A DNA stretch of 64,000 nt, taken from assembly GCF_009914755.1 (NCBI RefSeq), contig NC_060929.1; one strand, written 5' to 3'. The notes beneath the pieces are model-generated. The model was not told where the DNA came from. It saw only the letters and a program-made list of their open reading frames with translations, and did no database searches. Positions 1 to 20,183 of this stretch are shown in pieces (position 1 is the first letter of the stretch; every line of letters starts with the position of its first letter). A program made the translations under genes and the position numbers. This stretch comes from the human T2T-CHM13v2.0 reference genome, Homo sapiens.

Positions 1-338
1 TCTTGTAAGCACATGGACAAAATATAGACTAACAGAAAGGTAGCATATGCTACTCAAACTCCCTTTCAAGTTAAAATAAGCAAGTAAAGACGTTTTAAAG
101 TTTTTATTATAAAATGAAAAACACTGCATTTTATAGTTACGACTAGAATACGGGATCAAAACAGAATACATGATCCTATATATGCATAGTTATCTCAATT
201 CTGTCAGACTCTCCAGGTGATTTTGGTAAACCAAGCTCCTCAGTATCCTATCGGTTAAACAGTAGTATGACTGTTACAGTGATCTTATCCTCTAGAGGAT
301 AAACTGAAATCACTTCCAAAAAAAAAAAAAGAATTCTA

Positions 339-542
<204 letters not shown>

Positions 543-1110
543 TCAAAATGAAAAATTTTTCAATTGATTTTCTGAACGTAAGCAGTATGGTACTAATTAA
601 ACAGAAAGGCAGTTTTTAAAACTAATAAACATCTAGCAAGACCAATCAACAAAAAGACTCCAAAATCAAATATATATGTTATTAACACCAAATTCAATAC
701 AGTGTTTACTTCTGGTGAAAAAGAAAGAAAACGGGATAGGAAAGGAATGACACTTCAACTCTAACTGTAAATTTTATTTCCTTAAAAAATAAAAGGCATA
801 TACCAAAAAAAGAACTCTATGGAAAACAGCGTGGAAATTCCTTAAAGGAACTAAAAGTAGAACTACCACTTGATCCCAGGAATCCCACTACTGAGTATCT
901 GCCCAGAGCAAAAAAGTCATTACATGAAAAAGATACTTGTACACACGATTACAGCAGCACAATTTGCAACTGCAACAATGTGGAACCAGCCCAAACGCCC
1001 ATCAATCAACAAGAAGATAAACTGTGGTATACATACACAGTGGAAAACTACTCAGCCATAAAGAAGAATGAAATAATGGCATTTGCAGCAACCTAGATGG
1101 GATTGGAGAC

Positions 1111-1113
<3 letters not shown>

Positions 1114-1142
<29 letters not shown>
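1114..1142. repeat. (TA)n microsatellite at Alu tail
   Basis: Direct reading. Confidence 0.95.
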
Positions 1143-1656
<514 letters not shown>

Positions 1657-2004
1657 TGGAGACTACTATTCTGAGTGAAGTAACTCAGGAATGGAAAACC
1701 AAACATTGTATGTTCTCACTTGTAAGAGGGAACTAAGCTATGAGGATGCAAAGTAATAAGAATGATACAAAGGACTCTGGGGACTCAGAGGGAAAGGGTA
1801 GGAGGGGGTGAGCGATAAAAGACTACAAATTTGGTTCAGTGTATACTGCTCAGGTGAAGGGTGCACCAAAATCTCACAAACCACCACTACAGAGCTTACT
1901 CATTTAACCAAATATCACCTGTTTCCCAAAAATCCACGGAAATAAAAAAAATTTTTTTTAAAGGAAAGTGGGCTACTTTGTTGTTTTTGGGTTTTTTCTT
2001 TCCC

Positions 2005-2313
2005 TTTTTTTTTTTTTGAGACAGAGTCTCACTCTATTGCCTGGGCTAGAGTCTAGTGACATGATCATGGCTCACCGCAGCCTCAAACTCCTGAGCTAAG
2101 TGATCCACTCAACTCAGCCTCCCAAGTAACTGGGACTACAACCAAGTGCCACTATGCCCAGTTTATTTTTTTTACTTTTTATTTTTATTTTTTTTTGTAC
2201 AGACAGCAGTCTCACTGTTTCCCAGGGTGGTCTCAAACTCCTGGTCTGAAGCGATTCTCCTGCATTGGCCTCCCAAAGTGCTGGGATTACAGGGGTGAGC
2301 TACTGTGCCCAAT
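2005..2313 (-). mobile_element. AluJ-like
   Basis: Diverged Alu dimer. Confidence 0.88.
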
Positions 2314-2391
2314 CTGGCTAATTTATTTTGAAGCAAATTAAAATAACTGTTCCATGCTGAAACATTATTGATAATAAAGAGTAAAATTCTT

Positions 2392-2712
<321 letters not shown>

Positions 2713-2782
2713 TTAAAACCTCATTTGCTAATCAAAGGTGGCTAACACCACTCTTTTTTTATCAAACTAGATATGAAGATTA

Positions 2783-2932
<150 letters not shown>

Positions 2933-3364
2933 CTAGAAAAAAACACATTAAAATACTGCATAAACAGAATCAAAGTATTACAAAGCAATTAAAATCAATT
3001 ATAAAATTAAGTAGAAATGTGAAGCATGTCCTTTGCTAAAACTATAATAGAAAGTACTTACTAGACAGTAAAATAATGCTCAGGCATTCTGTCTTTAGTC
3101 TGTGCTCCAAATCACTAAGACTGCACCCTCAAGAGTAAATACAGCATAGGCTGTCATACTATTCTGCCTGAGTCCCCATTCTAAAAGTATGTGATTGAGT
3201 ACATAGCTGTTTGCAAACACCTGAAACAGTTTCATATCATGACATGATATACTATGTTATACTCTCATGTTTTATCATTTTACTTTCAAAATGTTGGTGC
3301 AACCCATTAAACTGATTCACAGATCCATTAACAGGTTACAATTCAGTTTTAAAAACACTGATTA

Positions 3365-3510
3365 AGTCCAGCGTGGTTACTAGAACAGCATTAGTGTCAC
3401 CTGAGAACATAGATAAGCAAATTATTGAGTCCTACCCCAGACCTACTGAAGGTGTTTAGCAAAGGCCATCCAGTTAATTCTGATGCACACTAAAGTTTGA
3501 AAATTATTGA
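3365..3510. mobile_element. MER5A-like hAT remnant
   Basis: ccccagacctactgaa...ttctgatgcacactaaagtttga. Confidence 0.7.
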
Positions 3511-3519
3511 TGTGAAGCA

Positions 3520-3755
3520 TCATGGGTTCTAGTCAACAGCCAGCAAATGAGTATTTTATTCACTTGGTATCTTGAGCAAGTGATTTGACTTTTCTCCACA
3601 AACTTTTTCACCATGTCAGTTCCGCTTTAAACAAAACAGACATAATAGTAGTCCCTCCTTCATAGACTATAGAGAACTCAGTGAGAGAACACAGGAAAAC
3701 ATGTAGCACAGTGCCTACAACATACTGAACGCTTATTAAACATTAGCTGCTATTT
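3520..3755 (+). mobile_element. MIR remnant
   Basis: ttgagcaagtgattt...agcacagtgcct...attagctgctatt. Confidence 0.7.
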
Positions 3756-4289
3756 CACTTTAGAAATGGCAATGATTTTATAATTATTAACTGGTTATAG
3801 ACTAGAAATAACTTGTCTACTATGATCCATGCATTTAACCGACGAATTAAACTAGTATTTTGGGAAGCCATATGCCTACCTTTGCTTTGTTACTATATGA
3901 ATTTTAACTCTGCGAAGAAAAAATATAAACATTTTAAATGATGTATTCTAAGTGGTTTAAATGAAGTGCTCTTAATTATCACCTACTCAAAGTAGGAAAA
4001 CATGTCTATTAAAGTTTTAAAAAATTAAAATAATTTTTCTTTTCCACTAAAATACATATTAGTACAAATTTTAAGAATAGTGGCATCTCATTACTGTGGC
4101 ATGACCTAAACCAAATAAAATTAAAAATTATTCTCTCCAGGAAGTGACCTAGGAATGAGAAGGAATTAGCAACAGAGAAGTGGCGCTTATTAACACTCAA
4201 AATTAGTCAAACTAATTTTTTGTTTGACTATGTACACAATAATTTGTTTAAAAACAAATCAACACAGGGCAGAAGAGGAAGGCAAATGG

Positions 4290-4465
4290 AAGGACAAGAG
4301 GAATAGCTAAAGGCTACAGGTTCTTTCTGATGAAAATGTTCTAAAACCACCTGTCGAACAATTATACACATCTGTGAACATAGTAAAAACCACTGAATTG
4401 TATACTTTAAATGAGTAAACTGTATGATATGGGAATTACGTATCAATAAAGGTGTTTTCAAAAAC
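4290..4465 (+). mobile_element. L1M 3' end fragment
   Basis: gatgaaaatgttctaaaa...aaaaccactgaattgtatactttaaa...tcaataaag. Confidence 0.75.
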
Positions 4466-5361
4466 CTCAACTAATGGTACTCTTCTACGTTTTCCCCTAA
4501 ATGACTGCAATTATTTCTCAATGATATTCCTATCACCAAATACCTGTCCTTCTTCACAACACTTACCAGAATTGTAATGTTACATTTATTTGTAATCACC
4601 TGCTTGATGTCTGTCTCCTGTAAGAGATGATAAGCTCTGACAAAGCAGGGATTGTGTGTTCAGTCCCATTATTATAATTTTACTGCTATTTTACTATCTG
4701 CACTAAATATACAGCATTTACTAGCTGTATCTACATAATGTCTGCTATGTTCCTAGTACTGTTCATAAAATTGCTTTGAGAATTAAGTAATTAGATCTGA
4801 AGTACTGAAAACAGCACCTGACTTTAAATACTCATCAATATTAGCTTTAGTTATATTGAATGAACTTCAATATAAATTTTGAATAGATGGAAGGGAATTT
4901 TGGTCTTTAGTTTCTTCTGTAAAGTTGTCTAGTTTTACTCAACAAACCCTGTGTCAGATAACTATGAGCACACCAATCATCAGAATCTTGGCAGCATTCA
5001 CATTCAGAGACTACTGGCTGTTTTCCTCATTCAGATTGAAGACTAAAGGCTCCCCTGCTTTTAGATCTATCCAATCAAGAAAATTCTGCCTTAGTTCAGT
5101 TTTTAAAATCTAAAGCAAGCATAGAAGAAAAAGACAGAATTAAAAGAAAATAAAAATCACAGGAAAGGAAGAAAAATTGTTTTGTTGCAATATGTAAAGT
5201 CAAGAAAAACCGGGAATGACAAATATTTTTTAAAGCAGATACATCTTTTTAAAGAAAAAGTACAGTTTATATAAAAACCTAAACACTTATAAAATAATTT
5301 CAGTTAATTCTGTAAAATATGCACAGGAATTAGATAAAATTTAAAACAACAAATACAATTA

Positions 5362-5523
<162 letters not shown>

Positions 5524-6319
5524 CTACAGAAACAATTCAAGTTGTTATATGTTAAAAGACATAAATGGTAAGTTGTCCACGTAACACTTTAGTTGCCTGA
5601 ATTATTTTAAATTGAGATTTTAAATTTTCATGTTAGAAAACAACTTATTTCACTTTTCAAAATTTTCTAAGACCTTTACCATTTCACTCTATGACTGAAG
5701 CTAAAATACCCTTTGCCATATCACACCTAGGTTTTGTTATACTATCGGGGAGGAAAAAAGTACTGTTCACTCTGTTTGCTAGTTACTATACCACAGTGTT
5801 TCTCCAAAAATCTTAGCTGAAGAACAATGACATCAGAAGCAGCAGCAACTAAGCAACCAAAGGTTTAAAAAGAGTAAGCAAATGCATTCTAATGTATTAA
5901 TTCTAGATGCTGATCCTAGCCCTTCAATGCACTACAGTGGCTGGATTGCAGCTGTGCCTTCGCACTTCTGACTTATCTTCCAGAAGTACCAGGAAGGGTT
6001 AAGATGTGAGGTCAAGATGTCCTTTAGATTACCATTTACCAAATCACAAATGCAGCACAATTACTATTAACGATTTTTTCATAATTATGAACATACTGTG
6101 GGATTTTCTTGCTGGATAAGTTATTATAGGCCATGGTTTGAGAGACCTATTTTTAGAAAATTCATCAAAATAATTACATAAATTAGAATTTTAAAGTCTT
6201 TTCTACAAAGATTAATAACTGAGACCATTATAGAAAGGCACCATTAACTAAAGAGAACTTTTATCCAATAAGTTAAAGCATTGAGCCATTTTCGATTGTA
6301 AGTGAAATCAACATTTCTA

Positions 6320-6535
<216 letters not shown>

Positions 6536-7013
6536 TTATGAAAACGATGTTTAGCAGAACAATTACCAGGATAAATTCTAAAAGCATTAAAACAAACAAA
6601 AAAAGCCAACGATAGTACCAAAGTAAAACTGTACCGTTATAAAATTCACAGCTGTATATACAACGGACCAAACCTCTTTCATAATACTCATGAGAACACA
6701 ACTTGTTTTCTGAACCATTAGCTATACACAGAACAGGCTAATGTAACATAATTATTACAGTGTATTAATCCTTTCCCCTCAAATTTGCTAAAAAGATGGT
6801 CAGCTGCATTATTTATCTGAATCTTCTTACAACTTTTACTGCATTAGACAGCTAATGAAACTGAATTATTTTGCATGGACCTAAAAGAAACCTGAGGATA
6901 CCTGGTTTTAGCCACGACTGCCTTCTCTAGATTGCAATTACACAATACATATGTAACTTATAGAAAACATCTTGGTGATATTTTACTACTCCAAACTACA
7001 TGTAACAATTCCT

Positions 7014-7116
7014 GTGCTCACTTCGGCAGCATTTATACTAAAACTGGACCAATACAGAGATTAGAATGGTCCCCATACAAGGATGACATGCAAATCCATG
7101 AACACTCCATATTTTT
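7014..7116 (+). pseudogene. U6 snRNA retropseudogene (5' part of a U6/L1 chimera)
   Basis: GTGCTCaCTTCGGCAGCA..TATACTAAAA..ATACAGAGA..CAAGGATGACAtGCAAAT..TCCATATTTT aligns over the full length of U6. Confidence 0.95.
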
Positions 7117-7478
7117 GTATATATATCCCATGAATACTACACAGCCACAGAAAAAAAAGGATGAAATAATGCCCTTCAAATAAAATAATATCCATGGATG
7201 GAGCTGTAGACCATAATCTAAGTGAATTAACACAGAAACAGAAAACCAAACACCGCATGTTCTCACTTACAAGTGCAAGTTAAACACTGAGCACACATGG
7301 ACATAAACATGTAACAACACTGTCGACTACTAGAGGGGGGAAGGAGGGGAACATGGGTTGAAAACTACCCACTGCGTACCATGCTCACTACCTGGATGCA
7401 ATATTACCCATGTAACAAACCTGCACATATACCTCCAGTATCTAAAATAAAAGCTGAATTTAAAAAAGAAAAGAAAAA
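7117..7478 (+). mobile_element. L1 3'UTR fragment fused to U6
   Basis: ccatgaatactac...aaaaccaaacaccgcatgttctcact...gtaacaaacctgcacat...ctaaaataaaag plus A-rich tail. Confidence 0.9.
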
Positions 7479-8338
7479 TTTCCTCTCACCATGACCTTTT
7501 CCACCTTTTATTTTCTTCCTTTTTACAAGGTCAGTTTTTGAAGGGACTTGAAAGTCTCAAATATCTAGTGTACATACTCTTTTATTACCATTCTTTACCA
7601 CTAGTTATACAGGCAGTTCCCCAAAACTGGAATGAAAAGCAAAACGAAACCCATGGACAATGCTCAATGCCCTAAGAGGTAATCAAGAATAAAGAATATT
7701 TTTCCTTATCCAGAAAAAATTTATTATTAATTTCTCTAGAGGTAAAAATTCTAAGAATTTTTCCAGAAATTTATGGCAGTATCTTATTACCTTAGTTGCC
7801 AAAAAGTACCTTGAAGAGTTTAAGTTCAACATCCATGATATATGACTAGCACTAAGAGAATTACAGGTGAATGTGTCTTCTTCCTACTTTGACTTTTCTT
7901 TCTAAATATTCTACAAAATGCATTACTTTTTTTAAAGAACCCCATAACAAAATTAGATAATCGCCATTGTGTACTACAAAATATACTCTTCTCATAATTA
8001 TTAATTTGAATATTATCAAGCACCTACATCTACCTACCAATCTGTAGGAAATACAGAGGATACTGTTAAACTATTTTAGAGGGAAGTACTATGCAAAATC
8101 TAGATTGTGGAAAAATTCTACAGAATAACTGTTTTCCCCATCGTATACATTTTAACAAAAAAGAAGTACCTATAGATAATAAACTCAGAGACAAATCAAT
8201 TGCCATATATGAACCTATCTCAATCCCAATTCGAGTAAACGTAAAAAAATTTTTTGAGACAACAGAGAAAACTTGAACACTGATACTGAATATTGGTATC
8301 AAGAAATTGATTCTGCTGAGAGAGCAATAATTTCCTAA

Positions 8339-8658
<320 letters not shown>

Positions 8659-8811
8659 TGATACTAGTATTTTTAAAAATCAATTATTAGAAATACACAG
8701 AAAAATATTTATGGAAAAATTTCCAATCTGCTTCAAAAGGACAGGTACTGAGGGAAATGGGGATGACCAGAGATACATAAAAAGACTGGCATGAGTTGAA
8801 AGGGAAGCTGG

Positions 8812-9120
8812 GGCTGGGCACAGTGGCTCATACCTGTAATCCCAGCACTTTGGAAGGCTGAGGCGTGTGGATCGCTTGGGGCCAGGAGTTCAGGATCAGC
8901 CTGGCCAGCATGGCAAAACCCTGTCTCTACTAAAAATAAAAAAATCAGCAGGGCATTGTGGGGCACACCTGTAAACCCAGCTACTTGGGAGGCTGAGGCA
9001 CCAGAATCATTTGAAACCAGAAGGTGGAGGTTGCAGTGAGCCAAGATTGTGCCACTGTACTCCAGCCTGGAGTACAAAGGGAGACTCCGTCTCAAAAAAC
9101 AAACAAACAAAAAAAAGAAA
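8812..9120 (+). mobile_element. AluS-like inserted in an old L1ME 3' end
   Basis: TSD gaaagggaagctg/gaaagtgaagctg. Confidence 0.9.
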
Positions 9121-9806
9121 GAAAGTGAAGCTGAGTCATGGGTATAAGAGTTCATTAAATTATCCTATTTTTGTATATGTCTGACATCTTCCATAATAAA
9201 AATAATTATGCAATTAAGTATATTCTTTCAAATGTATGGCACCTATAGATTTACCATAGAATATAAATGTTTCTGAAACTCCAAATGCATGTAGCAATAT
9301 ATTTCCTTTTATGCAATTAAATGTTTAAACAGATATTAGAACAGATTTTCCTTTCTGATTCTTTGAAAAGTCCTACTGTATAGATCTTGACATACAAAAT
9401 TTATACCAGCTATGATTTGTTAATACTCTTCAAAAAGCAGCAGAGCCTAAAATTTTTTTCTAAGTTTCTTTTTTTGGCCTCTGTTAATTGTCATAATCAT
9501 ATAATACCTTTATTATTGTGGAAATCCTAACACTTAAACTCTTTATAAGATAACAGTATGATATATAGGAAAGCAATTAATTATGTGTCAGAAGATGAAT
9601 TACTCAGTGTTGTCACTCATAATTTTGGATATGTCATTAAATCTCCTTTTGCCTCCTAACGACACAGAATAAACTTATTCTGAAACTCGAGAATTGCAAC
9701 TGCTCTAAGACACTATTGTAGAGAAGGTGGGGGCACCAAAAGCAGGACACAGACATGGAAGGTTTTCAGAATTAGAAGTTCAGAACTGTGTTCTGTGTAC
9801 AGCTTA

Positions 9807-9998
<192 letters not shown>

Positions 9999-10697
9999 TT
10001 AAAATTTAAGAAATTGGAACAATTACTAGAAAAAATCAAATTGTGTATGTTGTGTATGAACTTTTTTTTTTAGGGGAGTCATTTATAAACAAAATACTAC
10101 AGATTTTTAGAAAAAAAAATTAGCTAAACTTAGTTACCTCTAAAAATCTCCCTCCCAAGAAGATGCATGATGAAATATAATTAGTTGTTTTATAAGTTAT
10201 GATTCTTGAATCAAGTGAATATGAAGTATTTTGAAGTATGGGAGTAATTATCACTAAAATATTTCTCAAAAAAATATACTTTTAAAGTTCTGGACCTACT
10301 GAAAGAGAACAAGTAGTGACCTTTGGGAACTTATTTAGCCTTGTCTAGTCTAGTTTTCCTCATTTAGAAAAAGGGATTACCAGCACCTCATTGTTGTTAC
10401 TCCTACTGTTAAATACAAAGAATGGTACTGTGTTAGTTTTTCAAACAAGGTATATTTTGAAAATGTGCAAAATCAACTGTCGTGATTTATTACACATGGC
10501 TTAAGTTTATTAACAAAATTGAAAAATTCAAATAGTATTACAAACTACCTGACCTCATTTTCCTTTTTAAAAAATTCTTAGTAATCTGTGATCTAATCTT
10601 TTAGGGCAATAAAAACTCTTACTGACCTTATTACCTGGGTTTATTCCCACTAAACATAATATCCACACAATATGATTAAAATTGTAAAGTTGTCTTA

Positions 10698-11003
<306 letters not shown>

Positions 11004-11594
11004 CTAATTTTCAAATAAAAAATCGTAATCTCAAGATTACAATACATAAGTAACTCAGCACATATTCCTTCTATGACAAATTTAACCACTAGAATGTAAT
11101 ATCAAGCCAAAGTTTTTATTAGCTTATAAACTGATAATTAACGGAGAAAAATCAGCAGTGTCATTTAAAATTTTTACAAAAGATTTTTAGCCTAACCCCA
11201 ATAGAAGCCTCTATTAATGTCAATATGAAAAAAAAACTATGACACAAATTCAGAACAGTGTCTTATTCCAAGTGTAGGTACAATTCTTTGTACAACTTTT
11301 ATGAACTGTAGAACTCTCTTAAACTTAGGTCTCTGAGTTAGAGCAGGCCTGATTCCGCTACTTAAGAGCTGTGTTACCACAGCCAAGTTCATTAAATTCT
11401 TTGAGACATTTTTGAGACTGATTTTCTTTTCCATAAAGTAGAGAAAGTGAATATAAAGTAGATGGAGGAATTAAATAAGACAGTATCTATAAAGCCTTCA
11501 CTGCTTCACACAGTGGTAGCTTAATCCTGTTAGGTATCTTCCTCTTCTTTAAAGAGCTTACAAATCAATACACACTATAACAAACTGGTTTCAT

Positions 11595-11790
11595 TCGATT
11601 GAGTTGGCAAGCTTTTTCTAAGAAGAGCCAGATAGTAAATATTTCAGACTTTGCAGATAAATATATGGTCTCTGTTACATATTCTTTCTAAGACCCTTTA
11701 AATGTAACCTTTCAAAAAGGTAAAAACCATTCTTAGTTCAAGCACCATTAAAAAAATAAGACCACAGGCTATAGCTTGCTGACTCACGAT
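11595..11790. mobile_element. MER58-like hAT remnant
   Basis: ttggcaagctttttct...gccagatagtaaatattt...aaccattcttag. Confidence 0.65.
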
Positions 11791-11798
11791 TTAGGCTA

Positions 11799-11969
<171 letters not shown>

Positions 11970-12100
11970 CTATTAAGAAATTTGAAGGACAATTTTTAAG
12001 ACAAACATCAAGCAAATTATACTTTTACTTACATATCTAAAAATTAAAATCCATTCAAATATGTAAGTAACTATTAATATATGTTTATGTAATAAAAGAG

Positions 12101-12419
<319 letters not shown>

Positions 12420-12740
12420 TAGTCCAAAATGCTATGTAAATCTTATAAATAAAACATAAATACCACAGCATTTCTTAAAAAACGAAGTAAACACAATTTT
12501 AAAGCACATCTTTCACAAACGAAAAGGTCTTATTTAAGAAAACATAAGTGATTAATTCATTTAATAATGTAATGTTTATGGATGAAATATGATGTCTGGG
12601 GTTTGCTTCACAGTAACTAGGAAAGTCGTGTGTAGAGGTATAGACAAAACAAAACTAGCAGTAAATTTGTGAAACTTAAGAACATGAGTGTTTATTACAT
12701 TCTTCTGTCTGTTCTCATGCATATTTGAAATTTTCCATTA

Positions 12741-13070
<330 letters not shown>

Positions 13071-13207
13071 CTAAGTAACACTAAACCAAAACTGACTTTG
13101 TTACAGTCAATTAAACATGTACTGAGAACTTATTTGTGGCAAGTTCTATACCAGAAACAAAGACTGTTATACAGACCAAAACAAAACAAAACCTCTCATC
13201 CTTGTTA

Positions 13208-13733
<526 letters not shown>

Positions 13734-14475
13734 TTAAAAAAAAATTAGCATGCAAGGAAATATTCAAATATACAAAGAAACCTTTTTACATCATGTGTAT
13801 ATGTTTTTATGAAGTTAAATAAAATTGATAGGTATTATATAGAATATACCACTTTTATTAACTACAAATAATAAATGTAAAGGTATCTGGCTAAAGACTT
13901 AATCACTAATGCTGTAAGAAAAGTAAAAGGAGATGACCGTTTTGGGCCAGAAGAGGCTTAAAGATTAATAGTATTATGTTTAATCAATTATGAAGCCAAT
14001 AATGCAATTCATCTACTAGTAGTAGAGTCCAGATATATTAAATAAGTAAAAAGTATATAGGAAGAACACAGATTAAAAAAAAAAAACTATAGCTAAATTG
14101 CAACCGAGATTCACAAAAGTAGAGTGGGGGCCACAGAAGATAGAAAAAAAATGTAGAAGAGTAAATGGATATTAAAATAACTAGGAAAAAGAGAAATATT
14201 CCAGGAATAGCATGGGATGAGAACAGATATGCATTTTGATTTTTAAACTGAATAAAAACATATTTTAAAAAGGCAACAATCAAGTTAAACTCCAACTCCA
14301 CTGGATTTTCTTCCTAGTATGTAGTAAGTATTGTTTATACAAACTAGGAAATACAAAGACTAGCATATAAACTGCCAAAGAGTCTTATTCTTTATGTAAA
14401 TGGAAATCTTTTCTGAATCCTGTATTGGTAAATTCTTACTCTGTCAAATTAAATAGATGATTCAAAATATACTTA

Positions 14476-14622
<147 letters not shown>

Positions 14623-15527
14623 TTATTATGTAGAGTTATTAAATATAAGAAATTATACTAAAAGATGAAAGCCTCAGCTTTACCATAAATTCTTAAATTT
14701 CATCTCTAATCATCAAGCTCAGAGATTCCATTACTCAAAATGTACCTGAGGATTCAGTCAATACTGTTTTCTACTACTCTACAAAAATGAACAGTGAAAT
14801 ATTTTGCCTTCTTTTTTAAACAAAAATGTATAGAGAAAATTAACTTCCTGCCAAAATATGAGTCTCATGTATTTCACAAGCAAAACCTACGTTAAATTGT
14901 TCAAAACCATCACTCCAGCCTTAAGCTACAAACCATAAAACTGGCTTAGCTTACCGTTCAATTTCTGAATTCCAAGTTATCCCTATGAAGAATGTAATTC
15001 TTGTAATAAGGAAAGAAAGTCTAGTAGTCCATAGATCTCAACACATCACTAGTAACTCTGGGTAAGTTACAAGGATGCAGAAAGTATTGTGCAAGGTAGT
15101 TCTGGATACTTTCCTATATCACTCTCCTTTTTCTCTACCTTCTAAGAAAATATCCACTATCTTTAAAATTGAGCATATCTCTAGTTTCCAAGGGTTTTTT
15201 TCTGTTTATTCTCCCAACCCTTCCTGACAATCACCATAACCAACTCATCTTTCTGACATAGTGATGCTCAACAAGATAAAAGACAACACTTAAGAAGATA
15301 CATTGACGAAAACATCATTTACAATTTTTTTAAGAGAAAGTTTGAAATAAAAAATTATAAAACTAAAACTAAAAAACACACAGCAATTGCAGAAGTTCAC
15401 TTCCTGTAAGACCTATTAACCAAGAAATATTCTCCCTTAGTCTATCTGAAATCAGGATCCAACTCTTGTATTTAGGCTTGTAAATATTTATAATGTATAA
15501 ATATATTTTTAATAATTTAAAATGTTA

Positions 15528-15737
<210 letters not shown>

Positions 15738-15945
15738 TTACTTATTTATTTATTTTTTTTTACATTTAATCATCAGATACATAATTCTTAGTAAAGGCTA
15801 CACAAGTAAAATTTAGCTATCTAGTTTACAATACTGTTTTAGTAAGAGCAAGCTACTGTGTTTGATATGTAAGTGGCAAACTTATGACTTTTTTCAGATT
15901 ATTTCAAGCATAAAAAGAAAGTTTAACTAGAATCATTTATCACTA

Positions 15946-16056
<111 letters not shown>

Positions 16057-16322
16057 TTATTAATCCAGGAATAGACTTAAAAATCTCCCATAAATAACCT
16101 TTCACTCCCCCATCCCCAACACTATTTGTAGCACAAAATCTCCCATTTTGCCACTGTGTGGGCCAAGTTTGAGTAATAAAGAAACTCAAACAGGAATAAA
16201 GCATCATTAATTTTTAACTAAAAATTTGTAATTTATAATGTATGAGACACACTCTATGTGACTGTTACCAAGGATAGGTTTAGATAGGTATACCTCTAGG
16301 AGTTTTACCTTGAGATGGAATA

Positions 16323-16644
16323 AAATCATCCCTCACTACCTGCAGGGGATTGGTTGAGGATCCTCTACAGATACCAGAATCTGAGGATGCTCAAGTCCCT
16401 TATATGAAATGACATGGTACCTAAAATATAACCCACACACATCCTCCCCCATACTTTAAATCATCTCTAGATGTTCTTATAATACCCAATTTTACATTTA
16501 CAACGTAAATGCAGTGCAAATAGTTGTTACATGGTATTGTTTTTAATTTGTGTTATTGTTGTTTTTTTTCCCTCCGAATACTTTCAATCCATGGTTGGTT
16601 GAAACCAAGGATAGAGAAGCTGTGGACAAAGACAGCCAACTGTA
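16323..16644 (+). mobile_element. MER2 (TcMar-Tigger)
   Basis: ggggattggtt...ggatgctcaagtcccttat...tttaaatcatctctagat...gccaactgta. Confidence 0.85.
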
Positions 16645-16762
16645 TTATAAAGTCTATAGCTATTTTAGGCTATCATTTAATGTTACTATGTATTCTTTAT
16701 TAACATAAAGGTTTAGTAATCTTTGAACTATTAAAAGAAGTATATGATATACAGCATACTTA

Positions 16763-17059
<297 letters not shown>

Positions 17060-17284
17060 TCAATAATATGAGTACAAAAATATATACTCTTTTAAATAAA
17101 GTATTGGGGGTATAGAAACTTATGGGAAATTCTATTGCTCATAAATAAAACTGAGAATTTCAGAATTATCTAATATAATCCCCTCCTTTTTCGAATTAGA
17201 AAAAATAAAAAGACAGAGATCCACCTGAGATCCCACAGCATTATTCTATAATTATCCACAATATATGAAACGTGGTCAGCTGGA

Positions 17285-17625
<341 letters not shown>

Positions 17626-17654
17626 CTAAGCAAAGTAGCTTTTATAAAACATAA

Positions 17655-18034
<380 letters not shown>

Positions 18035-18086
18035 CCTCTACTCCTGTAAATATTATTTAAATAACCAAACAATAAATGGTTTTTTA

Positions 18087-18645
<559 letters not shown>

Positions 18646-20183
18646 TTATTTGTACTTATATGGCAAGTTTTATCCCTAATACAAAGATGATCAAATCAAC
18701 CAAACTATATTCGCTATCAAAAATACTGTTGCTTTTACTCATGCTAAAAATGAAATATTTATAAAACAAAAACACTCTGGAAAATATTCTTCATAGACTT
18801 CTCTCACAACTCTAGTTTTGCTAATCACTTAGTTATACGTCAGTGAACAGCAAATAAATGATATTTTAATTTTCATTATAGATGAAAATCTCATAAAATT
18901 ATTCTACTTGCCCTCTCAAAAAAGAGATACTAATCCATGCCATTTTAATCCTCGAGAGGTTGTGATTTTGAAAAACACCTGTTTAAACTGATTTTTTAAA
19001 TAGTGCACGTTCATTAAGAAACATAGAAAAATTAAAAAAAAAAAAAAGAGCAACAGTAGTACCATCTCAAATATTCAATCTGAGTACCTTACCTGTATTA
19101 TTATTTTTAGTCTATTAAGTCTATTTCATTCCAATCAACATGTAGAGAAAAATAATGGATGTTAATATTTTGCTATCATAAGAAGTTCAAATGAAAGGCA
19201 CACATTGAATTCTTACAAATACACTATATCCTATTTCAGCTATGCTTCTGCTTCATTGCTCTGTATCTTTTGCACCAATTGTAACTATGATGAAGGCTAC
19301 ATAAACAAGCATATATGATAAAATCTGCTTATGATAAAAACATAGTAGAAGCAAATTTTTTACTTTGAGATCTTTTCAGGGCTTGCACACCGAAAAAAAG
19401 TTTCCGTTGTGTATTTTTATAATGGAAAAAAAACTGGATGATCCAATATACATCTATTAATAGGAGGACCAGAGAGATTTGTAGAAAGAGAAAGGAAAAA
19501 AAATCCAAAGATAAATGATTGAATTTTCAGAATAAAAGATAGAACAGACTAATAAAAGATACAAATCTTCGCATTAAAAATGCATGAATCTTTTTTTGGG
19601 AAAAATAAGTAACAAATCTAATATGCAGAATATCAAAGGCAAATAGGAAAATAAAAGACAAGAAAATGGAATAATGTTTCCAAATCATTAAAATAAACAT
19701 GGATTGAGAATCTGAAGTATTCTTAATACTTTCTGGGTCCAGATCTTTAGGAAATTACAGTGAGTTTCTAAAATGAGTTCTACGGTATGAAGTAAATTTC
19801 ACATGCAACTGAATAGTAAGGATAGCTATTAATATAATTATAAGAACCATCCAAAATCAGTCATCCTGTCATCCCTATACTCCTATATTCCCAAGTTATT
19901 AAGATTTTCTGATATTACAACTAGGGAGATCATTAAAGTTTAAAAATATATAGGGGGAGTTACAGGAGATAAAGAAATGGCATAATACCCTCAGGTGGTC
20001 ACAGAAAGATAAATGTTAAAGATTTATCTTTAAATTGTGTAATGGTGTAAATTAACTTCATAAAATGCCATGAACTAAGAATTTAGAAGAGTCTCCTTTT
20101 GGCAACAATTTTCATAAAGAAAGAAATATGAAATAATCAGGATTTTTCTAAAATGAAGTAGTCAGTTGAACAAAATGACATAC

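Noticed and set aside
870-1061. ORF with L1 ORF2 C-terminal flavour
   Set aside because: Frameshifted fragment of a truncated L1
19087-19095. Strong minus-strand donor CAG|GTAAGG in intron 5
   Set aside because: No convincing partner acceptor found; isolated donors are common
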